Below are positions 1-6,509 of a DNA stretch of 9,179 nt, one piece after another. The translations under genes were made by a program, and so were the position numbers. A model generated the notes under the pieces. It saw only the letters and a program-made list of their open reading frames with translations, searched no databases and was not told where the DNA came from. The stretch's first letter is position 1. Every line of letters begins with the position of its first letter. This stretch comes from a virus (Duplodnaviria > Heunggongvirae > Uroviricota > Caudoviricetes), in the IMG/VR virus record IMGVR_UViG_2537562190_000019; one strand, written 5' to 3'.

Positions 1-256
1 TGTCAGTTATCATCTTCGGTTACGGTTATCGGCAGAACGCCCTGCCGCTGACAAGAGCTTATTTGCCTGACCAATCTACTCCACATGATAGATAACTATC
101 ATTTATAACATTTCATTGATTAGTCTTTATTTTTCACTACGTTACAAATAACAACCCCGTCAAAAACAGCGAAATTAACTACACCATTAACTACACCGTT
201 TCACGAACAATATCGAACAACCACGAACAAAGATCAACACGCTTTAACCGTTATCA

Positions 257-294
257 TTTTCCGGTTAAACGTTAATCAGGCTGGTGGGCTTTAC
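257..294. repeat. 38-bp perfect direct repeat, copy 1 (TTTTCCGGTTAAACGTTAATCAGGCTGGTGGGCTTTAC)
   Basis: Identical 38-mer at 257-294 and 617-654, offset exactly 360 bp. Sequence after each copy is related but degenerate (shared blocks cggta / atgatt / acccg / gggg). Confidence 0.9.
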
Positions 295-374
295 CTGTTC
301 GGTAGGTGTTATGATTATCGTAATACCCGTTAAAGGGGCCGAATACATCACCGGATTTAGGGGATGTTCCCTGC

Positions 375-521
375 CTCCTCAAATTGAGGATTGTGGAAGA
401 ATCAATGGGTTAGTCTTACTTTCCCAACATCCCCCAATGGGGGTTTTCGAAACAATCAATAGCTTAGGCTTACTTCCCCGATCTCCTCAAATTGAGGTTG
501 CCGGAAATATCAATGGGTTAG
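375..521. repeat. Nested imperfect direct repeats between the 38-bp copies (CTCCTCAAATTGAGG at 375-389 and 483-497; ATCAATGGGTTAG-like at 400-412, 455-467, 509-521)
   Basis: Direct reading. The CTCCTCAAATTGAGG motif is itself a small inverted repeat (CCTCA-AAT-TGAGG). The two CTCCTCAAATTGAGG copies are 108 bp apart. Confidence 0.8.
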
Positions 522-575
522 GCCATAGTGCAATTTTGCACTCTGAAACAATATCAACCAGTTACCGCCGCATCC

Positions 576-597
576 CGATATGGGAATCCCCATATCG
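576..597. repeat. Hairpin-forming inverted repeat CGATATGGG-AATC-CCCATATCG
   Basis: Perfect 9-bp stem with a 4-nt loop. A near-identical hairpin occurs 116 bp further on at 692-717. Confidence 0.75.
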
Positions 598-616
598 AGA
601 TTGGATACCTGGCTTT

Positions 617-654
617 TTTTCCGGTTAAACGTTAATCAGGCTGGTGGGCTTTAC
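617..654. repeat. 38-bp perfect direct repeat, copy 2
   Basis: Exact match to 257-294. Confidence 0.9.
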
Positions 655-691
655 ATACCCTTGATCACGGTAATGATGATTCAGGTGCTTA

Positions 692-717
692 CCCGATATG
701 GGGATCACCATATCGGG
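692..717. repeat. Hairpin-forming inverted repeat CCCGATATGG-GGATCA-CCATATCGGG, just 3' of the capsid-homologue stop
   Basis: Perfect 10-bp stem with a 6-nt loop. No U-tract follows on either strand, so it is not a canonical intrinsic terminator. Confidence 0.75.
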
Positions 718-733
718 ATAGATGCCGGAAAAA

Positions 734-1666
734 TCAGCTTTTCGCCAGAACGGTGACGGCCTTATCGAGTTTTTGCCATCCGCAATAGGTGATTGCCCTG
801 AACGCTGTAGCGTCATTCTGGAAAAGGCTAACCGCCCCTGATTCGGTTTTTATTACCGCCTCATCAGTTGGGGTTATAACCGTGGCTTCAACGTTAATAA
901 TCAGCTTTTGAGCGTCTATCAGCATCATGCGATCCGCCTGTTCGCTCACAATTACCGGTATTCTCAAAAGCTCTATCTGCCAGAACTCAGCATCAGTAAG
1001 CTGTAAAGCGTTTTCTACGGGCAAGATTAGCGACGACGTGGAAAGCGTGTTACCGTTCGCTATGTGCTTTTTGAAAAGCTCTATGAAGTTTTCGGCCTCA
1101 TCAGCACCATTAAGCACGCCCTCAGGGGATACGCCAGCCACCTCCTGATCACTGGAAAGAAATTTTTTATCTATTTCTTTCACCGATTCCGATGTGATCA
1201 AGTCTCTGATCGCTGAATTTGTACCAGGGGTGCTAAATTTGATTAGCTCGTTATTCAGCATCACAATAGCGCCAAGTTTGCACAGTTTTAGCGCGCTTTC
1301 GTTTACTTCTCCCTCTTTGACAGGGATTTCTTCGGCTTCTTTAAGCCATTTACTACCCTTGCCTGATATTGACTGCAATTTTGCGCCAAACGGAAGATTA
1401 AGCGCGCTGCTGATTAGCTTGCCTGGTACAGACTGCGAAAAAATATACTCGCCAAGCTCTCTTACTATCGGCTCTGCCACCAGCGACGGCATGTTATCCG
1501 TGTTCATTCCGGCAACAATGGATTTTTCAAGAAATAACGATACTGCCGGATCATTTCTTTTCGTCATCTCTATAGCGTCAGCATGGCTAAATTTACACGA
1601 TGCCAGCACGCTGGCGGCGCGAACTGCTGGCACGCCTTTCATGTTTTTACAGATCATCTTCTTCAT
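734..1666 (-). CDS. HK97-fold major-capsid-protein homologue (capsid-size-redirection-like); true start probably the ATG at 1657
   Basis: C-terminal two-thirds show capsid-like blocks as I recall the HK97 gp5 pattern: PEGVLNGADEAENFIEL (cf. EGQLLNGDGTGDNLEGL), RIPVIVSEQADRMMLIDAQ (cf. GLPVVPTKA...GTFTVGGF), NVEATV (cf. DATVEVS). No N-terminal delta/scaffold region. The GGAGG Shine-Dalgarno directly abuts ATG 1666 but sits 9 nt before ATG 1657. Confidence 0.55.
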   Translation of the reverse strand: MKKMICKNMKGVPAVRAASVLASCKFSHADAIEMTKRNDPAVSLFLEKSIVAGMNTDNMPSLVAEPIVRELGEYIFSQSVPGKLISSALNLPFGAKLQSISGKGSKWLKEAEEIPVKEGEVNESALKLCKLGAIVMLNNELIKFSTPGTNSAIRDLITSESVKEIDKKFLSSDQEVAGVSPEGVLNGADEAENFIELFKKHIANGNTLSTSSLILPVENALQLTDAEFWQIELLRIPVIVSEQADRMMLIDAQKLIINVEATVITPTDEAVIKTESGAVSLFQNDATAFRAITYCGWQKLDKAVTVLAKS

Positions 1667-1808
1667 CCTCCTGGAAGCACGGGTTTAGTGTTTCGTGAAA
1701 ATATGGCATCAGAACAGCGGCGGCCTGTAACCGTATTTCGGTCGACTGCTGCTTGTCGTTCATGATTTCCGTGAGTACATCAATAGGGTCTGTGATGTAT
1801 TCGCTCAT
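1647..1808 (-). CDS. Small hypothetical protein, 53 aa (MSEYITDPIDVLTEIMNDKQQSTEIRLQAAAVLMPYFHETLNPCFQEDEEDDL); below the ORF-track length cutoff
   Basis: ATG at 1808 preceded by GAGGT 8 nt upstream. It fills the gap between the terS-like and capsid-like genes and overlaps the latter's start by a few nt. Hand-translated. Confidence 0.35.
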   Translation of the reverse strand: MSEYITDPIDVLTEIMNDKQQSTEIRLQAAAVLMPYFHETLNPCFQEDEEDDL

Positions 1809-1819
1809 AGTTCGCTACC

Positions 1820-2308
1820 TCAGTGTTTTAAGTCTGTTGGTGGCTTAGGGATGGGGAACCGATTTGAGTAGACACTAGCGGCATTGAGTTTTTTAACCTC
1901 TTTTTTCCCAATGCTGCCGATCTTGCGGTGGGTGAACTGGGCCAGCTTAAACGCGGCATCTAAAGCCAGTTTTGGATCTGTGTCCATGTTGTCAATCAGT
2001 ATCCTGCCCATTGCTTTGATGGGGTCGGGTAGGCCGTTATCCATCATCTCAATGGTGTTAATTGATGCCCGTTCCGGTGTAACTTTTTCGGTAACTTTCT
2101 TTGTAACTTTTTTCGGTTTTGTAACCTGAAAAGTTACATCAGAAGTTACAGCCTTAAGATACTTTTTCACCTCAGGATCGTTGGATAGCTGCCAGCCTTT
2201 AACCCTTGCGGTCTTTTCGCTGTATCCCGCATGTATAGCGGCTTCCGTGGGATTTGCGCCCCTTGATAACGCATCAGCAAACCGCTTTTTTTTGGTCGTT
2301 AATGCCAT
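1820..2308 (-). CDS. terS: Small terminase subunit-like protein (TerS-like / packaging-redirection-like), 162 aa
   Basis: N-terminal signature KKKRFADALSRGANPTEAAIHAGYSEKTARVKGWQLSNDPEVKKYL matches the HTH-type small-terminase pattern (...AT.AAI.AGYS.KTA...). Start reassigned from the GTG at 2449 to the in-frame ATG at 2308, which has GAGG 8 nt upstream; the upstream extension crosses a C9 homopolymer and repeats and is unlikely to be coding. Confidence 0.6.
   Translation of the reverse strand: MALTTKKKRFADALSRGANPTEAAIHAGYSEKTARVKGWQLSNDPEVKKYLKAVTSDVTFQVTKPKKVTKKVTEKVTPERASINTIEMMDNGLPDPIKAMGRILIDNMDTDPKLALDAAFKLAQFTHRKIGSIGKKEVKKLNAASVYSNRFPIPKPPTDLKH
2078..2151. repeat. Cluster of GTAACTTT(T) direct repeats plus inverted AAGTTAC copies inside the 5' third of terS
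   Basis: gtaacttttt 2079-2088, gtaactttc 2091-2099, gtaacttttt 2103-2112, gtaacc 2121-2126; inverted gttac at 2133-2137 and 2145-2149. Two more TGTAACTTTT copies lie upstream of the start at 2332-2354. Confidence 0.8.
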
Positions 2309-2438
2309 GCAAAAACCTCGTTTTGAGGGGGTGTAACTTTTCGTGTAACTTTTTTGAAAAGCAAAATTTTCTACGAATGAGACGGGGGGCGGTGTCCAGG
2401 GTGATCGACTTTCCGGCCGGAACACTCCCCCCCCCATG
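2309..2438 (-). promoter_or_regulatory. terS upstream control region: two TGTAACTTTT repeats, G6 tract, 12-bp perfect palindrome TTCCGGCCGGAA (2411-2422), C9 homopolymer (2427-2435)
   Basis: Direct reading. Palindrome and motif repeats sit where a promoter/operator for the packaging module would be; no -35/-10 could be assigned with confidence. Confidence 0.4.
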
Positions 2439-2600
2439 TCATTGCTCACCGAGTAACGAGATCAGGCCTTCAACTTCATTACTCAGCTTGTTTATTCGTG
2501 TCTCAAGCTCTGCGATCTTTTCCATCAATGGCGCTATGGTGTCTCTTGTTTCCTCGCCAATGGCCTTAATGATGCTTGCCTCGCGTTCTGTGATAGCCAT
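2439..2600 (-). CDS. Small coiled-coil-like hypothetical protein, 53 aa (MAITEREASIIKAIGEETRDTIAPLMEKIAELETRINKLSNEVEGLISLLGEQ); below the ORF-track cutoff
   Basis: ATG at 2600 with GGTGAGG 8 nt upstream; begins 4 nt after the stop of the upstream gene. Hand-translated. Confidence 0.4.
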   Translation of the reverse strand: MAITEREASIIKAIGEETRDTIAPLMEKIAELETRINKLSNEVEGLISLLGEQ

Positions 2601-2603
2601 TTG

Positions 2604-2798
2604 TTATGCCTCACCTGTTGCAATGCCCAGTCTTTCGCGTAACAGCACACGTGCAAGATGACCTATTGTTGGCGTGGCGGCTCTGCCGTAGATGCCAGCT
2701 TCATTCATCCGGCGAATAACATCGAATTGAATTTTTTTAAGCTCGTTTAGGATCTCGTGATCAATCATCACGGTAGCGCTTTGCTTTATCTCTTCCAC
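2604..2798 (-). CDS. Small hypothetical protein, 64 aa, possibly a ribbon-helix-helix-type DNA-binding protein
   Basis: GTG start with AGGAGG 6 nt upstream. N-terminal SATVMIDHEILNELKKI has a beta-strand-then-helix pattern; family unassigned. Confidence 0.5.
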   Translation of the reverse strand: MEEIKQSATVMIDHEILNELKKIQFDVIRRMNEAGIYGRAATPTIGHLARVLLRERLGIATGEA

Positions 2799-2928
2799 TT
2801 TGTTTCCTCCTGATGCTTATCATCTAATAATCAGTATTTTCGATAGATTATAATCAATCAACCATTTTTTAAGATATGAGAGATCGAAAAAAAGCCGGAT
2901 TGCTCCGGCTATGTGTTCACTACTTCGG

Positions 2929-3180
2929 TTATTCTCCAGCGCTTTTAACGTTGATGGTTGTTACCTGTTCCGCTTCGGCAATCTCCCGTTCTGTCAGCGT
3001 GGCAAAGTTTGCCGCCGCTGTGGTCATGAATGCGCTTATCAGTTCGGGATTCTCCTTCGCGTATCCTTCCCGTGTGTGGCGGTCGATGATTTTTATCGCC
3101 ACCCTCAGCCAGTGCTCTGTAAGGTCAATGGCGCGGTTATGTGGTTTCTTCTGATTGTTCAATTTTCCTGATGTGTGCAT
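2929..3180 (-). CDS. Hypothetical protein, 83 aa
   Basis: ORF directly downstream of the iteron region on the operon strand, ATG at 3180 with a weak GAGGG upstream. Two overlapping plus-strand ORFs here are antisense to the operon and were discarded. Confidence 0.45.
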   Translation of the reverse strand: MHTSGKLNNQKKPHNRAIDLTEHWLRVAIKIIDRHTREGYAKENPELISAFMTTAAANFATLTEREIAEAEQVTTINVKSAGE

Positions 3181-3228
3181 TTTTATTTTTACCCTCGTGT
3201 TTAAAAAGTTTTAGGTTGTGGTGCACCT

Positions 3229-3453
3229 CCTCTACCTCTCTACCCAATCATCTTTCAGGTCAGTAATGGCGCGGCTTTCAGATGGGTAGAGGGCTTTCGT
3301 GGCCCTCTACCCATCCTCTACCCGCTCCTCACAAACGACCTTAATCATGGTGGAGGGTGTAGAGGGCTTTTATTTGCCTTCTACCTGCCCCTCTACCCAC
3401 TTATCATATTGAATAATTTATATTTATTTTCTTTAGGTAGAAGAGGTAGAGGG
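3229..3453. repeat. Iteron-type replication origin: at least 6 direct CTCTACC(C) and 4 inverted GGTAGAG(GG) copies flanking an AT-rich stretch (about 3401-3435)
   Basis: Direct copies at 3229-3245 (x2), 3303-3323 (x2), 3378-3398 (x2); inverted copies at 3284-3293, 3359-3366, 3436-3453 (x2); GTAGAGGGCTTT recurs three times. It lies immediately 3' of the primase/helicase gene, the usual position of satellite and plasmid origins. Confidence 0.7.
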
Positions 3454-3466
3454 CTTTTGTCTAAAA

Positions 3467-5221
3467 TTATAAAAACGCGTCGCAATCATCAGTTGTAATT
3501 GCGTTGGTCTGCGTTACTCCCTTAACTCTCCGCGTAATATATTCATGTCCGTAAACTTTTGCCGCTGGCTTCATGGCCTTGCTGAACTCAGCCACGTTTA
3601 GCGGCTTGCTTCTTCCTGCGTATGCCATAAACGCCAGATAGACGCGGTAAAGGCTGTTCCTGGTCGTGTACTTCACTGAATCGCCACCGCCACCCATCAT
3701 CAGGCCGCGCGCTTCCTCCAGAAAATTCAGGAACTGGCAAAACTCAATAACCGGATCCGTCTGTTGCTTTATTGCCAGTGCTTCATCACCGTCGCGCTGT
3801 TCCAGGAGTAAAGCCCGTGCCTTTTCAGGGTCGGCAAAGTTCGCCAGTAATCGGCGGATAATCACAGGGATTTCAGCCGCGACCTTCTCCGGCAAATCCT
3901 TGTCCTTTTCTGCCTCGCTAACGATATTGTCAAAGCGAAAAATCACCCGACGGCGTGACACACCTCCGGCCCGCTCGGTGAATATCATCGGGTTGTTGTT
4001 GGTCGCCAGTACCACCGCCCTTATTACCGTCGTGAATCGCTTCTCATATTTCGGGTTAATTTCGACGGGGTCGCCGCCCGTGATTTTCTTGATGCCCGTT
4101 CCTTCGCCTGTATATTTCGGTTGGTCAGCCAGGACGATAAGACGACTCCCGACAACCTGCGCACGTCCACCAGCATCATCAAGCGATGTCATTTCAGCGC
4201 TTACCGTGTTCTGTTTCCCTGCCAGAAGGCTGGCTATGTGCGTGAATGTACTTTTACCGCTACCGCCGTCTCCGGTGGCCTCAATAAACATCTGCCAGTC
4301 GTACCGGTTCGCCATAATCATGTACAGCGCGGCACATATACGCATCATCTTGCGCGGGTCTTTTCCGGCTGCGTGATCAAGCCATTTGTGAAAGTTTGGC
4401 GCGTTGTCGCGAATGTTCTCCCCAGGTGCTGGTGGCGTGTACTCAATGCCGTTGTGCGTGGTGATCCAGTTCTCCGGCGTGTGCGGGGAAAATTCCCCCG
4501 TTTTCAGGTCAAGCGCACCATTGGCGAACGGCAGCAAATCGCCGGACGGCTCCCCCATTGGTTCGGCAATAACTTTTAACGCTTCAACGGCGTTATTGAT
4601 CACGCGTTTGCTGAAAGTGGCCCTGTGCTCTGAATAGATCGCCACCATTTCGCGGCTAAGTTCCATTGTGCTGACCGGACACCATAACCCGCCGCGCCAT
4701 ACGTGAACGATTTCACTTTCAGGATGTACGCAAACGCCATCAAAGCGATCGGAAAGCAGCTGAGCGCGTTCACTGTCCGCCATCTGCGAAAGTTGCGCCT
4801 TTTGCTTTACCGGAAGCTCAACGACCAGACCTTCAGAAAGATTCTGGCGCTCACGGGCAAGATATTCGCGCCAGTTCTCCACCTTCTGACCGTGCATTCC
4901 TTCGGGGTAAAAATTTGCATCCTGTACACCTGCCGCCGCCAGCTTCTGACCAATCTTTTTGGTCTCCACCAAGTCCAGTTCTCCTGCCTGGTACAGCCTT
5001 ACGCGTTTTTTTCCATCAGGAACAATTTGCAGTGCATCAAGTTCGGCAAGCTGATTTGGCCCAAGCCACACAGGAGGCACATTATCGCCGGATGCGGGGC
5101 CGTCCTGCTCCTGCCACTGTTTTGCATGTGCCCACGCATCACTACCCGCGAAAATAATCACCTCTGTGTCTTTGTGTTTTATTCCGCGTGGCTGTTTTTT
5201 TACGTTCGGTGCCAGTTTCAT
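3467..5221 (-). CDS. Replicative primase/helicase (P4-family primase C-terminal / D5-like SF3 NTPase domain)
   Basis: Walker A GDGGSGKST, Walker-B-like RLIVLADQ, and the P4-family primase C-terminal signature IKKITGGDPVEINPKYEKRFT (cf. LTGGD...F). ATGA overlap with the upstream 99-aa gene. Confidence 0.75.
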   Translation of the reverse strand: MKLAPNVKKQPRGIKHKDTEVIIFAGSDAWAHAKQWQEQDGPASGDNVPPVWLGPNQLAELDALQIVPDGKKRVRLYQAGELDLVETKKIGQKLAAAGVQDANFYPEGMHGQKVENWREYLARERQNLSEGLVVELPVKQKAQLSQMADSERAQLLSDRFDGVCVHPESEIVHVWRGGLWCPVSTMELSREMVAIYSEHRATFSKRVINNAVEALKVIAEPMGEPSGDLLPFANGALDLKTGEFSPHTPENWITTHNGIEYTPPAPGENIRDNAPNFHKWLDHAAGKDPRKMMRICAALYMIMANRYDWQMFIEATGDGGSGKSTFTHIASLLAGKQNTVSAEMTSLDDAGGRAQVVGSRLIVLADQPKYTGEGTGIKKITGGDPVEINPKYEKRFTTVIRAVVLATNNNPMIFTERAGGVSRRRVIFRFDNIVSEAEKDKDLPEKVAAEIPVIIRRLLANFADPEKARALLLEQRDGDEALAIKQQTDPVIEFCQFLNFLEEARGLMMGGGGDSVKYTTRNSLYRVYLAFMAYAGRSKPLNVAEFSKAMKPAAKVYGHEYITRRVKGVTQTNAITTDDCDAFL

Positions 5222-5517
5222 TTCTTACCCCTGAATACGTTAAGCATCTTTTTTATTTCCTGAATATTGGCGCGTGCTTTCTCCCTGCTGGTGGGCACGT
5301 TACGCGGTACAGCCTGCACCAGAGAAAAATCACGATCGAACTGATAAACAGGCATAACGCAATCATATTCGTAGCCTTCACGGCGGTAAGTTACGCGCCG
5401 TTCCTCCACGCCCTTAATCATTACCGTGCCGCCGTACTTATCGCGGTAAATATCCCCGCACATGAATTTAGTGCGAGTTTTGCCGCTGGCAGTTAAGCCA
5501 GGATATTTAAGTTTCAT
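5218..5517 (-). CDS. Hypothetical protein, 99 aa
   Basis: GGAGA Shine-Dalgarno 6 nt upstream of ATG 5517; 4-bp overlap with the primase start suggests translational coupling. Confidence 0.6.
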   Translation of the reverse strand: MKLKYPGLTASGKTRTKFMCGDIYRDKYGGTVMIKGVEERRVTYRREGYEYDCVMPVYQFDRDFSLVQAVPRNVPTSREKARANIQEIKKMLNVFRGKK

Positions 5518-5522
5518 TATTT

Positions 5523-5786
5523 TTATTCTCCGATAGCGTGACCTGATAAGCCGTTAATCTTCTCTGATATGCTCTCTATTTTGCTGGTGGAAATATTCAG
5601 TAATTCAGAAATGGCAAAGGTTAATCTTGTCGTTGACTCGTCACGCTCGCAATTTGTCAGCGATTCAAACCAGACGTTAATAATCTCACTTACGGCATTG
5701 TTGTAAGATATTGCGCTTTGTGTGAGTTCATTCAATTCGCAAATTACGCGTTTGTTATTGTTCATAGCGTTTAAATCTCTCATCAA
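5523..5786 (-). CDS. Hypothetical protein, 87 aa (start uncertain; in-frame alternative ATG at 5765)
   Basis: Operon-strand ORF in a visibly AT-richer stretch; it overlaps the upstream gene by 32 nt at 5786 or 11 nt at 5765. Confidence 0.5.
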   Translation of the reverse strand: MMRDLNAMNNNKRVICELNELTQSAISYNNAVSEIINVWFESLTNCERDESTTRLTFAISELLNISTSKIESISEKINGLSGHAIGE

Positions 5787-5946
5787 TTAACCACAGCGCA
5801 ACACTTCCAGAAAGTTTTGCCAGAAGGCCAGCTAATGCGGATATATCGTCATCCGTAAGTTTGTCAGGGTATACCTCAAGAAGGCGGCAAATGATTTCAA
5901 CCTGCTGCGCTCTTTCCGCAATTTCGTTTAATGTAAACTCCTGCAT
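5755..5946 (-). CDS. Hypothetical protein, 63 aa
   Basis: GAGGAG 6 nt upstream of ATG 5946; tightly packed in the operon. Confidence 0.55.
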   Translation of the reverse strand: MQEFTLNEIAERAQQVEIICRLLEVYPDKLTDDDISALAGLLAKLSGSVALWLIDERFKRYEQ

Positions 5947-5949
5947 TAA

Positions 5950-6135
5950 TTACTCCTCATCCTGAATACATGTCACTGTGTGGATAATTACGCCGGATAA
6001 ACCGGCTTTAGCTGATTTGTTAATTACTGTGCTGATTGCAGCCTGGACGTTTTCGGCCTTCACGTTCTGCGTGATGCCAACGGTATAGCCGCGCTTGTTA
6101 ACAGCACGGGAAAAAACGCGGAAGGTTTTAAGCAT
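5950..6135 (-). CDS. Hypothetical protein, 61 aa
   Basis: ATG 6135 with a G-rich Shine-Dalgarno; overlaps the end of the upstream 67-aa gene by 8 nt. Confidence 0.5.
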   Translation of the reverse strand: MLKTFRVFSRAVNKRGYTVGITQNVKAENVQAAISTVINKSAKAGLSGVIIHTVTCIQDEE

Positions 6136-6331
6136 GACGCACCCCCTGACGAATACGAGCGGCGAATACCATCACGCAGCCAGCCGGAGATTGCTGGCGC
6201 GCTTCCTGTTCGCTGGTGGCCTCGATGGTAATCACGCGCGGCTGTGCCGTGCTCAGGGCGATAAAACGCCAGATGTATTTATTCAGGTTGTGCGAGTCCC
6301 GCCCTTGCGGGTGTGTGGTATGATTTCTCAT
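6128..6331 (-). CDS. Small protein, 67 aa, possibly Icd-like (host cell division inhibitor-like); first gene of the leftward operon
   Basis: The C-terminal 67 codons of the 243-aa track ORF, starting at ATG 6331 with GAGGT 4 nt upstream. The rest of that track ORF runs through the divergent promoter and antisense to the regulator gene. The pattern IWRFIALS...ITIEATSEQEARQQ...VMVFAARI recalls Icd-like proteins of P4-type prophages; this is from memory, not a search. Confidence 0.45.
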   Translation of the reverse strand: MRNHTTHPQGRDSHNLNKYIWRFIALSTAQPRVITIEATSEQEARQQSPAGCVMVFAARIRQGVRHA

Positions 6332-6428
6332 AGCTACCTCGATACTTTCGCTATCGTTGGTTGTTAGACGCCCTGCATGTGTTGCGAGCACTGTAGGGCG
6401 TTGCTTAATTTGAGTGACAAAACTCAAA

Positions 6429-6509
6429 CTGTGCGCACAGATTAAAATCATGTGTGCGCACATGTCAATACTTAACATCTCATTTTTTTTGCTGTATTGT
6501 GTGCGCCCA
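6429..6509. promoter_or_regulatory. Divergent promoter/operator region with TGTGCGCACA palindromes
   Basis: Perfect palindromes CTGTGCGCACAG (6429-6440) and TGTGCGCACA (6453-6462), centres 23 bp apart; a degenerate third copy TGTGCGCCCA (6500-6509) about 28 bp before the regulator ATG. An interrupted inverted repeat ACGCCCT-N20-AGGGCGT lies at 6368-6401. Confidence 0.6.

Noticed and set aside
1-95. Possible C-terminus of a gene entering from the left edge (plus strand, open frame to the TAA at 93-95)
   Set aside because: Only 31 codons are visible, so an open frame of that length is not statistically meaningful without the upstream sequence.
284-628. 114-aa plus-strand ORF spanning exactly the interval between the two 38-bp repeats
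   Set aside because: It starts at a GTG inside the repeat, the only in-frame ATG (311) has its AGGTG too close for a functional Shine-Dalgarno, and the translation mirrors the DNA repeats. More likely non-coding repeat DNA than a protein.
257-654. Possible CRISPR array
   Set aside because: Only two repeat copies, separated by 322 bp (far longer than a spacer), and no cas genes; the flanking sequence is also duplicated and degenerate, indicating an old duplication.
100-733. P2/P4-type cos site
   Set aside because: I could not find the GC-rich 19-nt P2-type cohesive-end sequence by eye; if this is a cos region it is more likely of a lambdoid type. That needs alignment and cannot be asserted here.
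625-816. 63-aa minus-strand ORF overlapping the 3' end of the capsid-homologue gene and the repeat region
   Set aside because: Out of frame within the capsid-like gene and extending into hairpin/repeat DNA; no ribosome-binding site.
2309-2449. N-terminal 47-codon extension of the terS ORF (GTG at 2449)
   Set aside because: It is encoded across the C9 homopolymer, a 12-bp palindrome and repeat motifs, and has no Shine-Dalgarno; the internal ATG at 2308 has a good one and begins the conserved TerS-like signature.
927-5496. Plus-strand ORFs inside minus-strand genes (927..1148, 1194..1688, 1583..1765, 1884..2129, 2254..2661, 2876..3154, 2911..3171, 3666..4376, 4121..4579, 4404..4637, 4703..5263, 4915..5157, 5188..5496)
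   Set aside because: All are antisense to genes with stronger support (family signatures, ribosome-binding sites, operon packing) and their translations are low-complexity or Ser/Ala/Arg-rich, typical of antisense frames.
6095-6367. 90-aa plus-strand ORF
   Set aside because: Antisense to the operon-strand 67-aa gene, with no ribosome-binding site and an upstream terminator context that would not favour its expression.
6481-6491. T8 tract upstream of the 65-aa regulator gene as a terminator
   Set aside because: No adjacent stable hairpin directly precedes it; more likely promoter spacer or UP-element-like sequence.
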